The translations under genes were made by a program, and so were the position numbers. The notes under the pieces were generated by a model, which saw nothing but the letters and a program-made list of their open reading frames with translations, did not search any database and was not told the origin of the DNA. This document shows positions 36,097 through 45,909 of a DNA stretch of 52,221 bases, piece after piece. Origin of the DNA: an uncultured Clostridia bacterium (GTDB lineage: Bacteria > Bacillota > Clostridia > Christensenellales > Borkfalkiaceae); the NCBI GenBank assembly GCA_934271725.1, contig CAKQSC010000001.1, forward strand, positions 1 through 52,221. The letters run 5' to 3'. Positions within the stretch are counted from its first letter, which is position 1; each line of letters opens with the position of its first letter.

Positions 36097-36132
36097 AAAA
36101 AAATAAGGCGACAGCCGTTAAATTGTCGCCTT
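36097..36132 (-). terminator. Rho-independent terminator/attenuator between rpsO and pnp
   Basis: Stem AAGGCGACA (36105-36113) / TGTCGCCTT (36124-36132), followed by ATTTTTTT on the minus strand. Confidence 0.7.
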
Positions 36133-36145
36133 AAAAAAACCGTTA

Positions 36146-36409
36146 TTATTTTCTCAGATTCAAAGCAGCGACAACGGCTCTGTAACGCTCGATATCGACT
36201 TCTTTCAGATAAGCGAGCAAATGCTTTCTGTCGCCGACCATCATCATAAGTCCGCGTCTGCTGTGGTTGTCGTTCTTGTTCGCTTTAAGATGTTCCGTCA
36301 AGTGGTTGATTCTTTCCGTCAAAAGAGCGATTTGCACTTCCGCGCAACCCGTATCGCCGGGGTGTCTGCCGAATTTTTCGATAATTTCCTGTTTTCTTGC
36401 TTTATCCAT
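36146..36409 (-). CDS. rpsO: 30S ribosomal protein S15
   Basis: 87 aa. Contains [37 protein letters not shown]. Confidence 0.97.
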   Translation of the reverse strand: MDKARKQEIIEKFGRHPGDTGCAEVQIALLTERINHLTEHLKANKNDNHSRRGLMMMVGDRKHLLAYLKEVDIERYRAVVAALNLRK

Positions 36410-36499
36410 AATTTTATCCTCCTATATGGTGTAATTCGCCTTTCGCAATGTATACCGTCGAGTATTCGGTAAACTTTGCTAAGGTATCAAAGCCCTTTA

Positions 36500-36528
36500 A
36501 TTATAACAAAAATATTTTCGTTTGTAAA
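36500..36528 (-). promoter_or_regulatory. Sigma-A promoter for rpsO
   Basis: The minus strand reads TTTACA (36523-36528), a 17-nt spacer, then TATAAT (36500-36505). It leaves a leader of about 85 nt. Confidence 0.6.
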
Positions 36529-36533
36529 CTGTT

Positions 36534-37907
36534 TTACCCGAAAAGTTCCGACTTATCTTCTATAATCTTATCTATTTTCGCGATATAAGTCGCCGTGTCT
36601 TTGGGATTTGCGTATCTTTCTATCTTTTTTTCCTGCGTAAACACCCTTTTCGATATGGCGTTCGCCCCGACCGCGACGTTGTCGGAAGTTTCTTCCATAA
36701 CCGCCACGTTATACACGCAAGCCTTGCCCGGCTTGCAATACCCCGTGTTTTCAAGGTTGCCTTTCATATATTTCTGACGATACAGATAATACGGTTTATA
36801 CCCGTTTTCTTTAAGCGTTTTGTGGGCGTAATCCACCATTTCCGCTATGTCGCCGTCCGCAAGCCGTTCGGTGGTTTCTTTAAGTTTAGAGCCCGCTTTA
36901 AGCGCGAGAGTGTGCACGGTTATATTCTCCGGGCTTAAACTTATCGCTTTGTCGAGCGAATATTTAAAATCGTCGAAACTCTCGCCCGTAAGTCCGGCTA
37001 TCAGATCCATATTTATATCGAACGTCCCTTTTGCGAGTTCGTATTTATCGATAACCTCTTGCGCGGTGTGTTTTCTTCCTATGAATTCAAGCGTTTTATC
37101 GTTGAAAGTCTGCGGATTGACGCATATTCTCGTTACGCCGTACTTTTTTAAAAGCGAAAGGTTCTCCCGCGTAACGGCGTCGGGCCTTCCCGCCTCCACG
37201 GTATATTCCACCTTTTCGTCGCCGATAACGTCCTTTACCGCTTTAAGTATTTTTTCGAGGTTTTCCATACCTATCGACACGGGCGTTCCTCCGCCGATAT
37301 ACACGCTTTTAAGATTTTTGATATACGGCTTCGACGCGTAAAGTTCTTTTACGAGAGCATCCGTATAGCGGGGAAGAATATCCTTTATTTTGTCGACTTC
37401 CACGGAAATGAAGGAACAGTATTCGCATCTCGTCGGGCAAAAAGGTACGGATATAAACAGTTCCGTATCGTCGCCGTTCTTATCGTAAACGCCTTTCTGC
37501 GTTTGTAAAACGTCCTTTATAAGCGTCGTTTTTTCTTCGCTTACTTTCATAACGTCCGTAAAGAACTCCTCGAACTCGCCCGTTTCTTCGATTTGCATAT
37601 AAGCGAGTTTGGTAGGTCTTATTCCCGTAAGCGCGCCCCACGGCATACTTTCGCCCGTAACGGAAGAAATCGCCTTATACAAAGAGAGTTTCGCATACCT
37701 CAGTTTAAGTCTTTTCTCTTCCGTCGGATTATCGTATTTCGCAAGGTTGCCGTAGCATTTCGCTTCACCGTTTATCACGACGGTGTTGACGAACTTGTTT
37801 TCCGTAGCCTTGCAAACGTGTTTTATATTCAGTTTATCTGCGCCGTCGAAAAGATTTATTACTTCTTTAAGACCGCTTTCCGCTTCCGTCAGATTCGTTT
37901 CAAACAT
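36534..37907 (-). CDS. hemZ: Radical SAM protein of the HemN/HemZ (oxygen-independent coproporphyrinogen oxidase-like) family
   Basis: CxxxCxxC motif in VPFCPTRCEYCSF. 457 aa with an N-terminal extension typical of clostridial HemZ annotations. Confidence 0.7.
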   Translation of the reverse strand: MFETNLTEAESGLKEVINLFDGADKLNIKHVCKATENKFVNTVVINGEAKCYGNLAKYDNPTEEKRLKLRYAKLSLYKAISSVTGESMPWGALTGIRPTKLAYMQIEETGEFEEFFTDVMKVSEEKTTLIKDVLQTQKGVYDKNGDDTELFISVPFCPTRCEYCSFISVEVDKIKDILPRYTDALVKELYASKPYIKNLKSVYIGGGTPVSIGMENLEKILKAVKDVIGDEKVEYTVEAGRPDAVTRENLSLLKKYGVTRICVNPQTFNDKTLEFIGRKHTAQEVIDKYELAKGTFDINMDLIAGLTGESFDDFKYSLDKAISLSPENITVHTLALKAGSKLKETTERLADGDIAEMVDYAHKTLKENGYKPYYLYRQKYMKGNLENTGYCKPGKACVYNVAVMEETSDNVAVGANAISKRVFTQEKKIERYANPKDTATYIAKIDKIIEDKSELFG

Positions 37908-38499
37908 TCTTTTTGCCTATAACGGTATTTTCTCCGTGCCCCGTATACACGACGTATTCTTTTTCCGACCTCAACAGTTTTCTTAAACTTTGCATCATTT
38001 CGCCGTAGTTGCCCGTAGGCAAATCGCACCTGCCGTAACCGCCGTCAAACAGCGTATCGCCCGAAAAACATGCGTTCTCTACGAAATAACAACACGAACC
38101 TTTCGTATGTCCGCTTGTCTTTAACACTTTGAAATTAAGCCCTATGAGGTTTATAACCTCTCCGTCCGTAAACGTTTCGTCTATTTTAAAGGGGTGAAAA
38201 ACTTCCCCCTCGAAAAGGTAAGAAGCGTTGCCCTTATCGTCGTTCACAAGGTCTTCTTCCTCTTTGAGGCAACATATTTTAACTCCGTTTTTTTGCAATT
38301 CCCGGCACGCTCTCGTATGGTCGAAATGCCCGTGCGTAAGCAAACAATACCTTAAAGTTATACCCTTTTCGTCCGCAAACTCTTTAATTTCGTCGTAATT
38401 TATTCCCGCGTCTATAAGAACGCCCTCGCCGTTATTTTCCACGACGAAAACGTTGCTTGCGAAATAATCGCTTTTTTGCTCTATTCTGTATATCTTCAT
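37900..38499 (-). CDS. MBL-fold metallo-hydrolase (glyoxalase II-like)
   Basis: Contains the H-x-H-x-D-H motif (LLTHGHFDH) and a downstream metal-ligand His (SGHTKGS). Confidence 0.8.
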   Translation of the reverse strand: MKIYRIEQKSDYFASNVFVVENNGEGVLIDAGINYDEIKEFADEKGITLRYCLLTHGHFDHTRACRELQKNGVKICCLKEEEDLVNDDKGNASYLFEGEVFHPFKIDETFTDGEVINLIGLNFKVLKTSGHTKGSCCYFVENACFSGDTLFDGGYGRCDLPTGNYGEMMQSLRKLLRSEKEYVVYTGHGENTVIGKKNV

Positions 38500-38500
38500 T

Positions 38501-40636
38501 TTACGTAGTCGTCCTGAACACGTCGGTTATTTTAGGTTCTTTTCTTATTGCGTTTATCAGATCGTCCAAATCGTCTTTGCTTGTAAGTCTTATGTTTATA
38601 TCGACGACCGCTTGCTTTGTTTTGGCGTCTATTCTGCCGTTTACGGAAGTTATTTCCATTTTCATCTGAATGGTTTTAGCCGTAACGGTAGTAAGAATCG
38701 TAGCCTGACTGTCGCCTATCACCTTGATTCCCGCCGTGTACGAACTCTTGTCCGCCTGATTAGCCCACTCTACTTCTATAAGCCTTGCCGGATCCACGCC
38801 TTTCATATTCGGACAATCCGCCCTGTGAACGGTAATTCCTCTTCCGCGCGAAACGAACCCCGTGATTTTATCTCCGGGAACGGGATTGCAACACCCCGCG
38901 AATCTTACGAGAACGTCTCCCGAAAGTCCTTTAACCACAATGCCGTTGTTGGCAACCTGCGACATGGAGAAACGGTGTTCCGTCTGTTTGGGCATTGCCT
39001 TTAAATAATAATCTATGAGTTTTACGAGAACCTGATTTGTCGTAACCGCCCCGTAGCCTACGGAAGCGTACATTTCGTCGATACTTGCGAAACTCATTCT
39101 GTTAGACAGTCTTTCAAACGCCGTGTCCGTTAACAGTTCGCTTAAAACGTACCCTTTCTTTTTGGCTTCGTTTTCAAGCATACTCTTGCCCGTCTTTACG
39201 TTTTCGGCTTTCATTTCGTGCTTGAAATATTGCTTTATTTTTGCTTTCGCGCCCGAACTTTTAACTATTTTAAGCCAATCCCACGACGGACCTTTGCTGT
39301 TGGGGGAAGTTATAGCCTCCACCACGTCGCCGACGGACAGGGTAGAACCGAGCGGTACTATTTTGCCGTTTACTTTCGCGCCCGTGCATTTGTTTCCCAC
39401 CGCCGAATGTATGGCGTAAGCGAAATCGAGAGGCGTCGCGCCTTTCGGCAAACTTATAACGTCCCCTTTGGGCGTGAAAACCAGAACTTCGCTACTGTAT
39501 AAATCGCCCTTTAAAGTATCGAGAAACTCTTTGCTGTCCTGAAAACTTCCCTGCCATTCGACGACTTCCCTTATCCAGGAAAGGCGTTTATCGAAATCGT
39601 TTTCGTCCGCTTTGTTTTCTTTGTATTTCCAGTGCGCCGCTATACCGTATTCCGCCGCCACGTTCATATCAGCGGTACGAATCTGTATCTCGAATATCTT
39701 GCCGAAATTAGTTACTACCGTCGTGTGCAGACTCTGATAACCGTTGGGCTTCGGCGTCGCTATATAATCTTTTATTCTTCCGGGGATAGGCTTCCACAAA
39801 TGGTGAATCTTTCCGAACACTTCGTAACACTCGTCAACCGTTTTAACGATTACTCTTACCGCGGTAAGGTCGTATATCTGATCGAGCGTTTTGTTCTGAT
39901 TTTTCATCTTTTTATAGATGCTGTAAAAGTGTTTGGGCCTGCCGAACACTTCGCCCTCTATATTGCTTTCTTTTAAAATGTCTTTGAGTTCTTTCACGAC
40001 CTCGTCGACGAACTCGTTTCTTTCTTTCAACTTTTCGTTGATGTGCGTGCTTAAATATTCGTACGCTTCGGGATCGAGATATTTAAGCGACAAATCTTCG
40101 AGTTCGCACTTGATTTGCGAAATGCCGAGCCTGCCTGCAATGGGCGCGTAAATATCGAGCGTTTCCCTCGCCATTCTTTGCTGACGCTCCGCCGACAAAA
40201 AGTTGAGCGAACGCATATTGTGCAGTCTGTCCGCAAGTTTTATTATTATAACCCTTATGTCTTTCGCCATCGCGACGAATATTTTACGGAAGTTTTCCGC
40301 CTGTTCTTCTTCCAGCGAATGGAACTCTATTTTTTCGAGTTTGGTTACCCCCTGAACGAGTTCAAGGACTTCACTGCCGAAAGCGTTCGCTATATCTCCC
40401 TCGCTGACGGCGGTGTCCTCTATCACGTCGTGCAGAAACGCCGCCGCGACGGTCGGCGCGTCGAGTCCCAAATCCATTAAAATATTCGCCACCGCGCACG
40501 GGTGAATGAAATAGGGTTCTCCCGAAGCCCTTTTCTGCCCCTCGTGAGCGTTTTTGGCAAAATCGTAAGCCTTCTCAACCAAAGTAAGTTGAGAACCCGT
40601 ATATATTTCGCCTAATCTGTCGTATACGTCCGTCAT
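38501..40636 (-). CDS. relA: Bifunctional (p)ppGpp synthetase/hydrolase (RelA/SpoT homologue)
   Basis: HD hydrolase domain (HDVIEDT), synthetase domain (...YQSLHTTV...), TGS domain and C-terminal ACT-like domain. 711 aa. Confidence 0.95.
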   Translation of the reverse strand: MTDVYDRLGEIYTGSQLTLVEKAYDFAKNAHEGQKRASGEPYFIHPCAVANILMDLGLDAPTVAAAFLHDVIEDTAVSEGDIANAFGSEVLELVQGVTKLEKIEFHSLEEEQAENFRKIFVAMAKDIRVIIIKLADRLHNMRSLNFLSAERQQRMARETLDIYAPIAGRLGISQIKCELEDLSLKYLDPEAYEYLSTHINEKLKERNEFVDEVVKELKDILKESNIEGEVFGRPKHFYSIYKKMKNQNKTLDQIYDLTAVRVIVKTVDECYEVFGKIHHLWKPIPGRIKDYIATPKPNGYQSLHTTVVTNFGKIFEIQIRTADMNVAAEYGIAAHWKYKENKADENDFDKRLSWIREVVEWQGSFQDSKEFLDTLKGDLYSSEVLVFTPKGDVISLPKGATPLDFAYAIHSAVGNKCTGAKVNGKIVPLGSTLSVGDVVEAITSPNSKGPSWDWLKIVKSSGAKAKIKQYFKHEMKAENVKTGKSMLENEAKKKGYVLSELLTDTAFERLSNRMSFASIDEMYASVGYGAVTTNQVLVKLIDYYLKAMPKQTEHRFSMSQVANNGIVVKGLSGDVLVRFAGCCNPVPGDKITGFVSRGRGITVHRADCPNMKGVDPARLIEVEWANQADKSSYTAGIKVIGDSQATILTTVTAKTIQMKMEITSVNGRIDAKTKQAVVDINIRLTSKDDLDDLINAIRKEPKITDVFRTTT

Positions 40637-42960
40637 CTTGCCACCTTTTTCGCAAAACCGTAAAACTCCGAATCGTCGAGTTGCGCTCTCGCTTTACCGT
40701 TTATTCTCAAAACTCCGCCTTCCGTATAGAAAAACTTTAACTCCGCAAAGGTTTCGTAACCCACCGTAAACTCGGCTATACTGCCTTCTTTACCGCTTAA
40801 AACGTACGCGCCGTAAGCGTCCGAAACGGTCTTTCCCGCAAGGCTTTTTATCTTGCCGTAAATCTTTGCCATATTTTCTCTCGAAAAATCCGCTCCGTCG
40901 AGATATTTTTCGGCGTTGAACGTCTTGCCCAAATACACCTTTTTGCCGTACGGAACGGGGTAGTCGCCGTAAGGTCTGTCAAGAAACACAAACGTTTCGT
41001 AATCTTCGAGCACCGCCGAATCGTACGGGGCGAGTATAACCGCCGTTTTAAGATTTTTCGACGGCGGGGCGAAAACGTCTCTTTCAAGCCCTTTAAGTTC
41101 GGGATACTCTTTTAAAACGCTTTGGTCGTACGCAATAAACGCAACGCCGTATCTTTTTACGGCAAGTTCCGTTAAGTCGTTTAATCTTTCCTTGTTTCTA
41201 TACCCGAAAACGTCTCCGTTTATAAGCGTTGAAACGGAACCGAATTCGCAAGCCGTATTTAAATCGTCTATACCGAGTTCGCACGGAATAACTTCTTTTA
41301 CTATTCCTTTAACGTACTCTTTCCCGCCGAAAACGGAATACGTCGGCTCGAAAATTATTTTCTTTTCGCCGGGGTAGTTAAGCGTTTTTACGTCGGATAT
41401 AGCGTTAAACCATAACATATCGCACGTTTTCGTTTTGAAAACCACGTGCGGTGAACCGTTTTTAAAGGGAGATATTCCCTCGCATACGCCCGTCGTTACG
41501 ATAACGGGTTTTCTGTTGTCCGCACCGCAAGGCTCTATTCTTTCGAGTTCTTTCGCGAGTTTTGCGTCGATAGGTTCGTCTGTTTCCATATCGCAGTAAA
41601 CCGCGTTTTCCGAAAGGCTTTCTCCGCTTTCTTCTTCTATTACCTTTGAAAAAGCCTCTTTAAACTTTTCGTAATTTTCTTCCGTTACGCTTACGCCCGC
41701 GGCTTGCGCGTGTCCGCCGTAATCGATGACGAATTCTTTACATTTCCCGAGAGCCCCGAATATATTTATGCCGTCGCACGATCTGCACGAACCTTTAAAA
41801 ATACCGTCGCCCGAACCCGCGAAAACTATCGAAGGTCTTGAAAACTCTTCCGTGAGTTTTGCCGAAACTATGCCCGCGAAACCCGTTTTCCACGATTTGT
41901 CCGCAACGACTATCGCACCGCCGTATGCGCCCGTTCTTTTTAACTGCTCTTTGGCAAGGGAATACATTTTTTCACATTCGCCTTGCCTTTCCGTATTATA
42001 GTTTGTCAAAAGCACGGCGAGATCCGTCATCTCCGAGCCGTCTTCCGTCATAAAATAACGCAATCCCGCGTTCGCGTTGCCCATTCTGCCCGACGCGTTT
42101 ATTTTGGGCGCGATTAAATAAGCGAGATTCGACGAAGTAACCGTCCTTTGCGCGCTCGCCCCGAGCAATTTTTTATATTGAGGTCTTATTTTGTCCGAAT
42201 TGAATATTTTCAGCCCGAAATATACTATCGCCCTGTTTTCGTCCGTAAGTGGCATACTGTCCGCAACGGTCGCGAGAGCGACAAGATCGAGATATTCGTC
42301 CGCCTTTTTACCCGTCAGAGCATAAGCGACTTTATACGCCACCGCGCAACCGCAAAGCCCCGAAAAAGGATATTTCTGATCTTTTCTTTTGGGGTTGATA
42401 ACAAGCGTATCGGGAAGAATCTCGGGTATCTCGTGGTGGTCGGTAACTATAACGTCTATGCCGAGATTTTTAATTTCTTCTATAACTTCTCTGTCGCCTA
42501 TTCCGCAGTCCACCGTTATTAAAAGGTCGGGATAAGAAAACCCCTTTTCCGTCCATTCGTCTACCGCCCTTTCGAGAACGGAAAGAGATAACCCGTAACC
42601 GTCCTCACGCTCGGGAACGACGTATTCCACCGTTATGCCGAACCCCGTCAGACTTTTGTATAAAACGGTCGTCGCGCTTATGCCGTCCGCGTCGTAATCG
42701 CCGTAAATCATAACGGTTTCGCCCTTTTCTTTCGCTTGTTTTATTCTTTCGACGACGGCTTGCATATCCGCCAGATCGAAAGGCGAATTAAAGTCCTGTT
42801 CACAGGGGTTTAAAAAGGATTTCAATTTTTTCTCGTCCGTATACCCCCTGAAATAAAGTATTTCGGCAAGTACGGGCGAAATATCGCACGACAAAGCCAA
42901 CCTCGAAATGTTTTCAAGGTCGTTTTTATTCGGTTGACACGCAATATTTATCTTTTTCAT
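40633..42960 (-). CDS. recJ: Single-stranded-DNA-specific exonuclease RecJ
   Basis: DHH motifs (IYGDYDADGISA, TVDCGI, VTDHH) and the DHHA1 motif GGHAQAAG. 775 aa. Confidence 0.9.
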   Translation of the reverse strand: MKKINIACQPNKNDLENISRLALSCDISPVLAEILYFRGYTDEKKLKSFLNPCEQDFNSPFDLADMQAVVERIKQAKEKGETVMIYGDYDADGISATTVLYKSLTGFGITVEYVVPEREDGYGLSLSVLERAVDEWTEKGFSYPDLLITVDCGIGDREVIEEIKNLGIDVIVTDHHEIPEILPDTLVINPKRKDQKYPFSGLCGCAVAYKVAYALTGKKADEYLDLVALATVADSMPLTDENRAIVYFGLKIFNSDKIRPQYKKLLGASAQRTVTSSNLAYLIAPKINASGRMGNANAGLRYFMTEDGSEMTDLAVLLTNYNTERQGECEKMYSLAKEQLKRTGAYGGAIVVADKSWKTGFAGIVSAKLTEEFSRPSIVFAGSGDGIFKGSCRSCDGINIFGALGKCKEFVIDYGGHAQAAGVSVTEENYEKFKEAFSKVIEEESGESLSENAVYCDMETDEPIDAKLAKELERIEPCGADNRKPVIVTTGVCEGISPFKNGSPHVVFKTKTCDMLWFNAISDVKTLNYPGEKKIIFEPTYSVFGGKEYVKGIVKEVIPCELGIDDLNTACEFGSVSTLINGDVFGYRNKERLNDLTELAVKRYGVAFIAYDQSVLKEYPELKGLERDVFAPPSKNLKTAVILAPYDSAVLEDYETFVFLDRPYGDYPVPYGKKVYLGKTFNAEKYLDGADFSRENMAKIYGKIKSLAGKTVSDAYGAYVLSGKEGSIAEFTVGYETFAELKFFYTEGGVLRINGKARAQLDDSEFYGFAKKVAR

Positions 42961-42983
42961 ATTTATACTCGCCTTTTAATTAC

Positions 42984-43012
42984 AAATAAAGCGGGCTGTT
43001 TCAAACCCGCTT
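42984..43012 (-). terminator. Terminator-like hairpin after secF
   Basis: Stem AAGCGGG (42989-42995) / CCCGCTT (43006-43012), followed by TTATTTGT on the minus strand. It lies only about 25 nt upstream of the recJ ATG. Confidence 0.5.
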
Positions 43013-43037
43013 TTTTAAAGTCTTAAAAACTATACCG

Positions 43038-43988
43038 TTAATTTGAAGATTCGCTTCCCGCGATTACCTTCGGCGTATAATTGTTTACCGCGTTTACTCC
43101 GCCTTTGCCGAGATAAGCGTATAACGTAGGCGTAACGGTCAACACGACAGCCGTCGAAACCACGACGCCGACAATCGCCGAAAGAAGAACGTACCTGACG
43201 GGCGTTGCCGAGAAGATAACCCCCGCGACGAGAATTATTATCGTAGCAACCGCAAGAATAACCGTTTTAAGCAACGTGGCGGAAACAGCCGAGTTCGCTA
43301 TGACTATTCTCTTCGCGCCCTTATAATCCGCGCTTCTTACCAACGCTTTTACTTTGTTTACGTAATACAGCGAAACTATTCCCGAGAACACGAAAGCAAA
43401 TGCTATCGCCGAGATATAGTTGACTCCCACGGGAATGCGGAATATCGCCGTCAAACATATAGTGAGATATACCGAAAGAAGAATAGACGCGACGAGAGTC
43501 AACGCTCTTCTCCATTTATATCTTATCAACGCGTATACGAACAAAACTACCAAAGACACGCCGATAGCGAGCAACGCCCATAACGCCGAGGTGTTGTTTG
43601 CCAAGCCTTTCGCTTCCGTAAAGTTTACGGGAATGTCTTTGTCGAGATATTTCTCATAAGAACCGAGAGCCGTTTTAAGTCCTTCCTTGACTTCATCTTC
43701 GGTCATTTTGGTTTTGACTTCGTAAATGAGCGACTGTTCGTCGATAACTTTTACGGAAACCACTTTAACGCCGTTGTCGTCAAGCCACTTTTCAGTGTCT
43801 TTTTTAATATCTTCCGCGGCGATACTCGAAGTAACGTTTACCGCAAGTTGTTTATAGCCTTTATAACTGCTGTCCTTGTTAAGCCCCGCTACGCCCCATA
43901 CCACGGAACCCGCGACTATGAGAACGAGAACGGCAACAAGCCATATTTTCATTTTTTCTACTATTTGCAAACCGGAAATCTTATTCAT
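43038..43988 (-). CDS. secF: Protein translocase subunit SecF (divergent)
   Basis: N-terminal TM, a periplasmic-type loop and a C-terminal cluster of 5 TM segments. It overlaps the secD stop codon and sits at the syntenic position (yajC-secD-secF-recJ-relA). Confidence 0.65.
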   Translation of the reverse strand: MNKISGLQIVEKMKIWLVAVLVLIVAGSVVWGVAGLNKDSSYKGYKQLAVNVTSSIAAEDIKKDTEKWLDDNGVKVVSVKVIDEQSLIYEVKTKMTEDEVKEGLKTALGSYEKYLDKDIPVNFTEAKGLANNTSALWALLAIGVSLVVLFVYALIRYKWRRALTLVASILLSVYLTICLTAIFRIPVGVNYISAIAFAFVFSGIVSLYYVNKVKALVRSADYKGAKRIVIANSAVSATLLKTVILAVATIIILVAGVIFSATPVRYVLLSAIVGVVVSTAVVLTVTPTLYAYLGKGGVNAVNNYTPKVIAGSESSN

Positions 43989-45285
43989 TTACTTCGCCCT
44001 CCTCTCTTTTGAGATTAAAGAACTTTTCGCTGTCGGTAAGGGGAAGTTCGAGTTTAACCAAAAGTCTTAACAAAAGTTGGTTTACGAGAGCCGTTACTAT
44101 AACGCCGATACCGAACGTCATTGCAAAACTCTTTAACGAACCCGTGCAGATGAAAAGCATAAGCAACGCGACTATTCCGCAAAGAACGGTAATATCGAGC
44201 ATAAGGAAAGTCGCTTTCCCGTAAGCGTGCTTGTAAGACGCCCTTAAAGTCTTTCCTTTCGCGTATTCTTTTCTTACTTCGTGAAGCACCGTAACGACGC
44301 CTTCCACCGCAAGAACCGCAACGGCTATAAGTCCGAGCAATCCGCCCGTGGAAATGCTTATTCCGGGGATTACCGCAATGAAGAACAAGGTCAAAAGCAC
44401 GGAAGCGAGTACGGACAAGTCGCCCGCTATCGCAAACCCTCTGTACATAACCGCTATCGCAACCATAATAACAGCAACCGCAACGACGAGAGAAATTACC
44501 GTAGCGTTGATTTTGCCGTATACGGGCGTAACCGTTTTAGCGTCGCTTACGTTATATTCGACCGCAAGACCGCCCGTAGATATTTCGAGAGCGTAACCTT
44601 TGAATCTCGCAACTGTTTCTTCGCTTGTGTCGTTGTTCGCAAGCGTTATCACCGAACCGTCGTCTTCGTTTATGCAACTCTTGATGTCAGAGCCGAATAT
44701 GTCCGTTTCGCCGATATAGATGTGAACTTCTATACTGCTGTTTTTGCTTATAGCGTCCGCAAGCAGTTTTTCGCCTTGTTTGGTGAGATTGACGGTTATT
44801 ATAGAATAACCTTCCGATCTCGAAAACTTTGCGTTTTTGATTTGTTCCTGTTCGAGAATTATATTGCCGTCTTTATCCTTGAAAGTAACTTCGCCGTAAG
44901 CGGTAACGACGGAAATGTCGTTGGCTATCGTTGATTTTGCGTCCGCAAGAATGGAAATGCTGTCGTCTTTGTAAGCGGTTACGATCGCGCTGTCGTAGCC
45001 GAGAACGTTAAGTCTGTTTCTTATTACCTTAGCCATTTCGTCGACGTTGGTGTCTTCCTCGACGTAAGCCGTTTTATCGACAAGCGTCAATTCGTAATAA
45101 ACGCCTTTGGAAAACTCCGCCGTAAGTTTGTTGTCGCCGATTTTTTTCGTTATCGAAACAAAATCGTACGTGCCGTTTTTATAACCGGCGACGGGAAAAC
45201 TCGCAAAAGTTATAAAAGCAAGTAATGCTATCAGAACGGTTATTACCGAAATGAGCACAATAGAGAGTACCTTTTTCTTTTTCAT
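43981..45285 (-). CDS. secD: Protein translocase subunit SecD (divergent)
   Basis: I prefer the ATG at 45285 (GGAGG 5 nt upstream; starts MKKKKVLSIV...) over the TTG at 45297. The C-terminal TM block GLLGLIAVAVLAVEGVVTVLHEVRKEYAKGKTL...SFAMTFGIGV parallels the SecD signature region. Confidence 0.65.
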   Translation of the reverse strand: MKKKKVLSIVLISVITVLIALLAFITFASFPVAGYKNGTYDFVSITKKIGDNKLTAEFSKGVYYELTLVDKTAYVEEDTNVDEMAKVIRNRLNVLGYDSAIVTAYKDDSISILADAKSTIANDISVVTAYGEVTFKDKDGNIILEQEQIKNAKFSRSEGYSIITVNLTKQGEKLLADAISKNSSIEVHIYIGETDIFGSDIKSCINEDDGSVITLANNDTSEETVARFKGYALEISTGGLAVEYNVSDAKTVTPVYGKINATVISLVVAVAVIMVAIAVMYRGFAIAGDLSVLASVLLTLFFIAVIPGISISTGGLLGLIAVAVLAVEGVVTVLHEVRKEYAKGKTLRASYKHAYGKATFLMLDITVLCGIVALLMLFICTGSLKSFAMTFGIGVIVTALVNQLLLRLLVKLELPLTDSEKFFNLKREEGEVNE

Positions 45286-45368
45286 CTCTGCCTCCAAAAG
45301 TTGAAAGTATGACGACCGCCGACGGTAAACGCGTTTACCGCCGACAATATATACTTATAGACTTATTT

Positions 45369-45397
45369 ATTATAAGATAAACGGGCATATTAGTCAA
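45369..45397 (-). promoter_or_regulatory. Sigma-A promoter for secD-secF
   Basis: The minus strand reads TTGACT (45392-45397), a 17-nt spacer, then TATAAT (45369-45374). Confidence 0.6.
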
Positions 45398-45460
45398 TAA
45401 GTTTTCCCGATTTTTTTGATTTTTTTCTACTTTTTGCCACTCGTTTGTCTTTTGACGACG

Positions 45461-45493
45461 AAAAAAACGGCAAAGCGACGTAGCCTTGCCGTT
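45461..45493 (-). terminator. Rho-independent terminator after the small membrane protein gene
   Basis: Stem AACGGCAA (45466-45473) / TTGCCGTT (45486-45493), followed by TTTTT on the minus strand. Confidence 0.65.
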
Positions 45494-45528
45494 AATTGCG
45501 TTTTGCCTTATATTTTCTCCCCGTACGT

Positions 45529-45909
45529 TTATTCTTCTTTGCCCTTTACGTTAAGTATCGCCCCGCCTATAAACCCGGCAACCGCCGACAAAGCCGAATC
45601 GATTGCCGTTTTTAAGTTTACGGAAAAATCTCCGCTTATTGCCGAAAACAACAAATAGGTCGCAAGCGTTACCGAAACGCCCATAAGCGCGCCTTTAAGT
45701 CCTTTCTTTTTACCGCTTAAACCGAACACGCACCCCGCGAACACGGCAAACACCTTAACGAACGACGTAATCAGCCCGACGGCCCTTCCGCCGAGTCCCG
45801 TTTTCTTAACGATAAACGCAAGCAGTAAAACGGAAAGCAAACTTAAAATTACCGCCATACCCAAACCCGTTATAAACTTCGCCACGGGTTTTTTAACTTT
45901 CTGCGACAT
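45529..45909 (-). CDS. Small integral membrane protein (about 4 TM; possibly TIGR04086-like)
   Basis: 126 aa and glycine-rich, with hydrophobic segments GLGMAVILSLLSVLLLAFIV, VFAVFAGCVFG, ALMGVSVTLATYLLF and ALSAVAGFIGGAIL. Confidence 0.55.
   Translation of the reverse strand: MSQKVKKPVAKFITGLGMAVILSLLSVLLLAFIVKKTGLGGRAVGLITSFVKVFAVFAGCVFGLSGKKKGLKGALMGVSVTLATYLLFSAISGDFSVNLKTAIDSALSAVAGFIGGAILNVKGKEE

Noticed and set aside
45416-45658. 80-aa plus-strand ORF spanning the intergenic region upstream of secD
   Set aside because: It overlaps the terminator at 45461-45493 and the 3' end of the small membrane protein gene. It has no RBS and no recognisable features.
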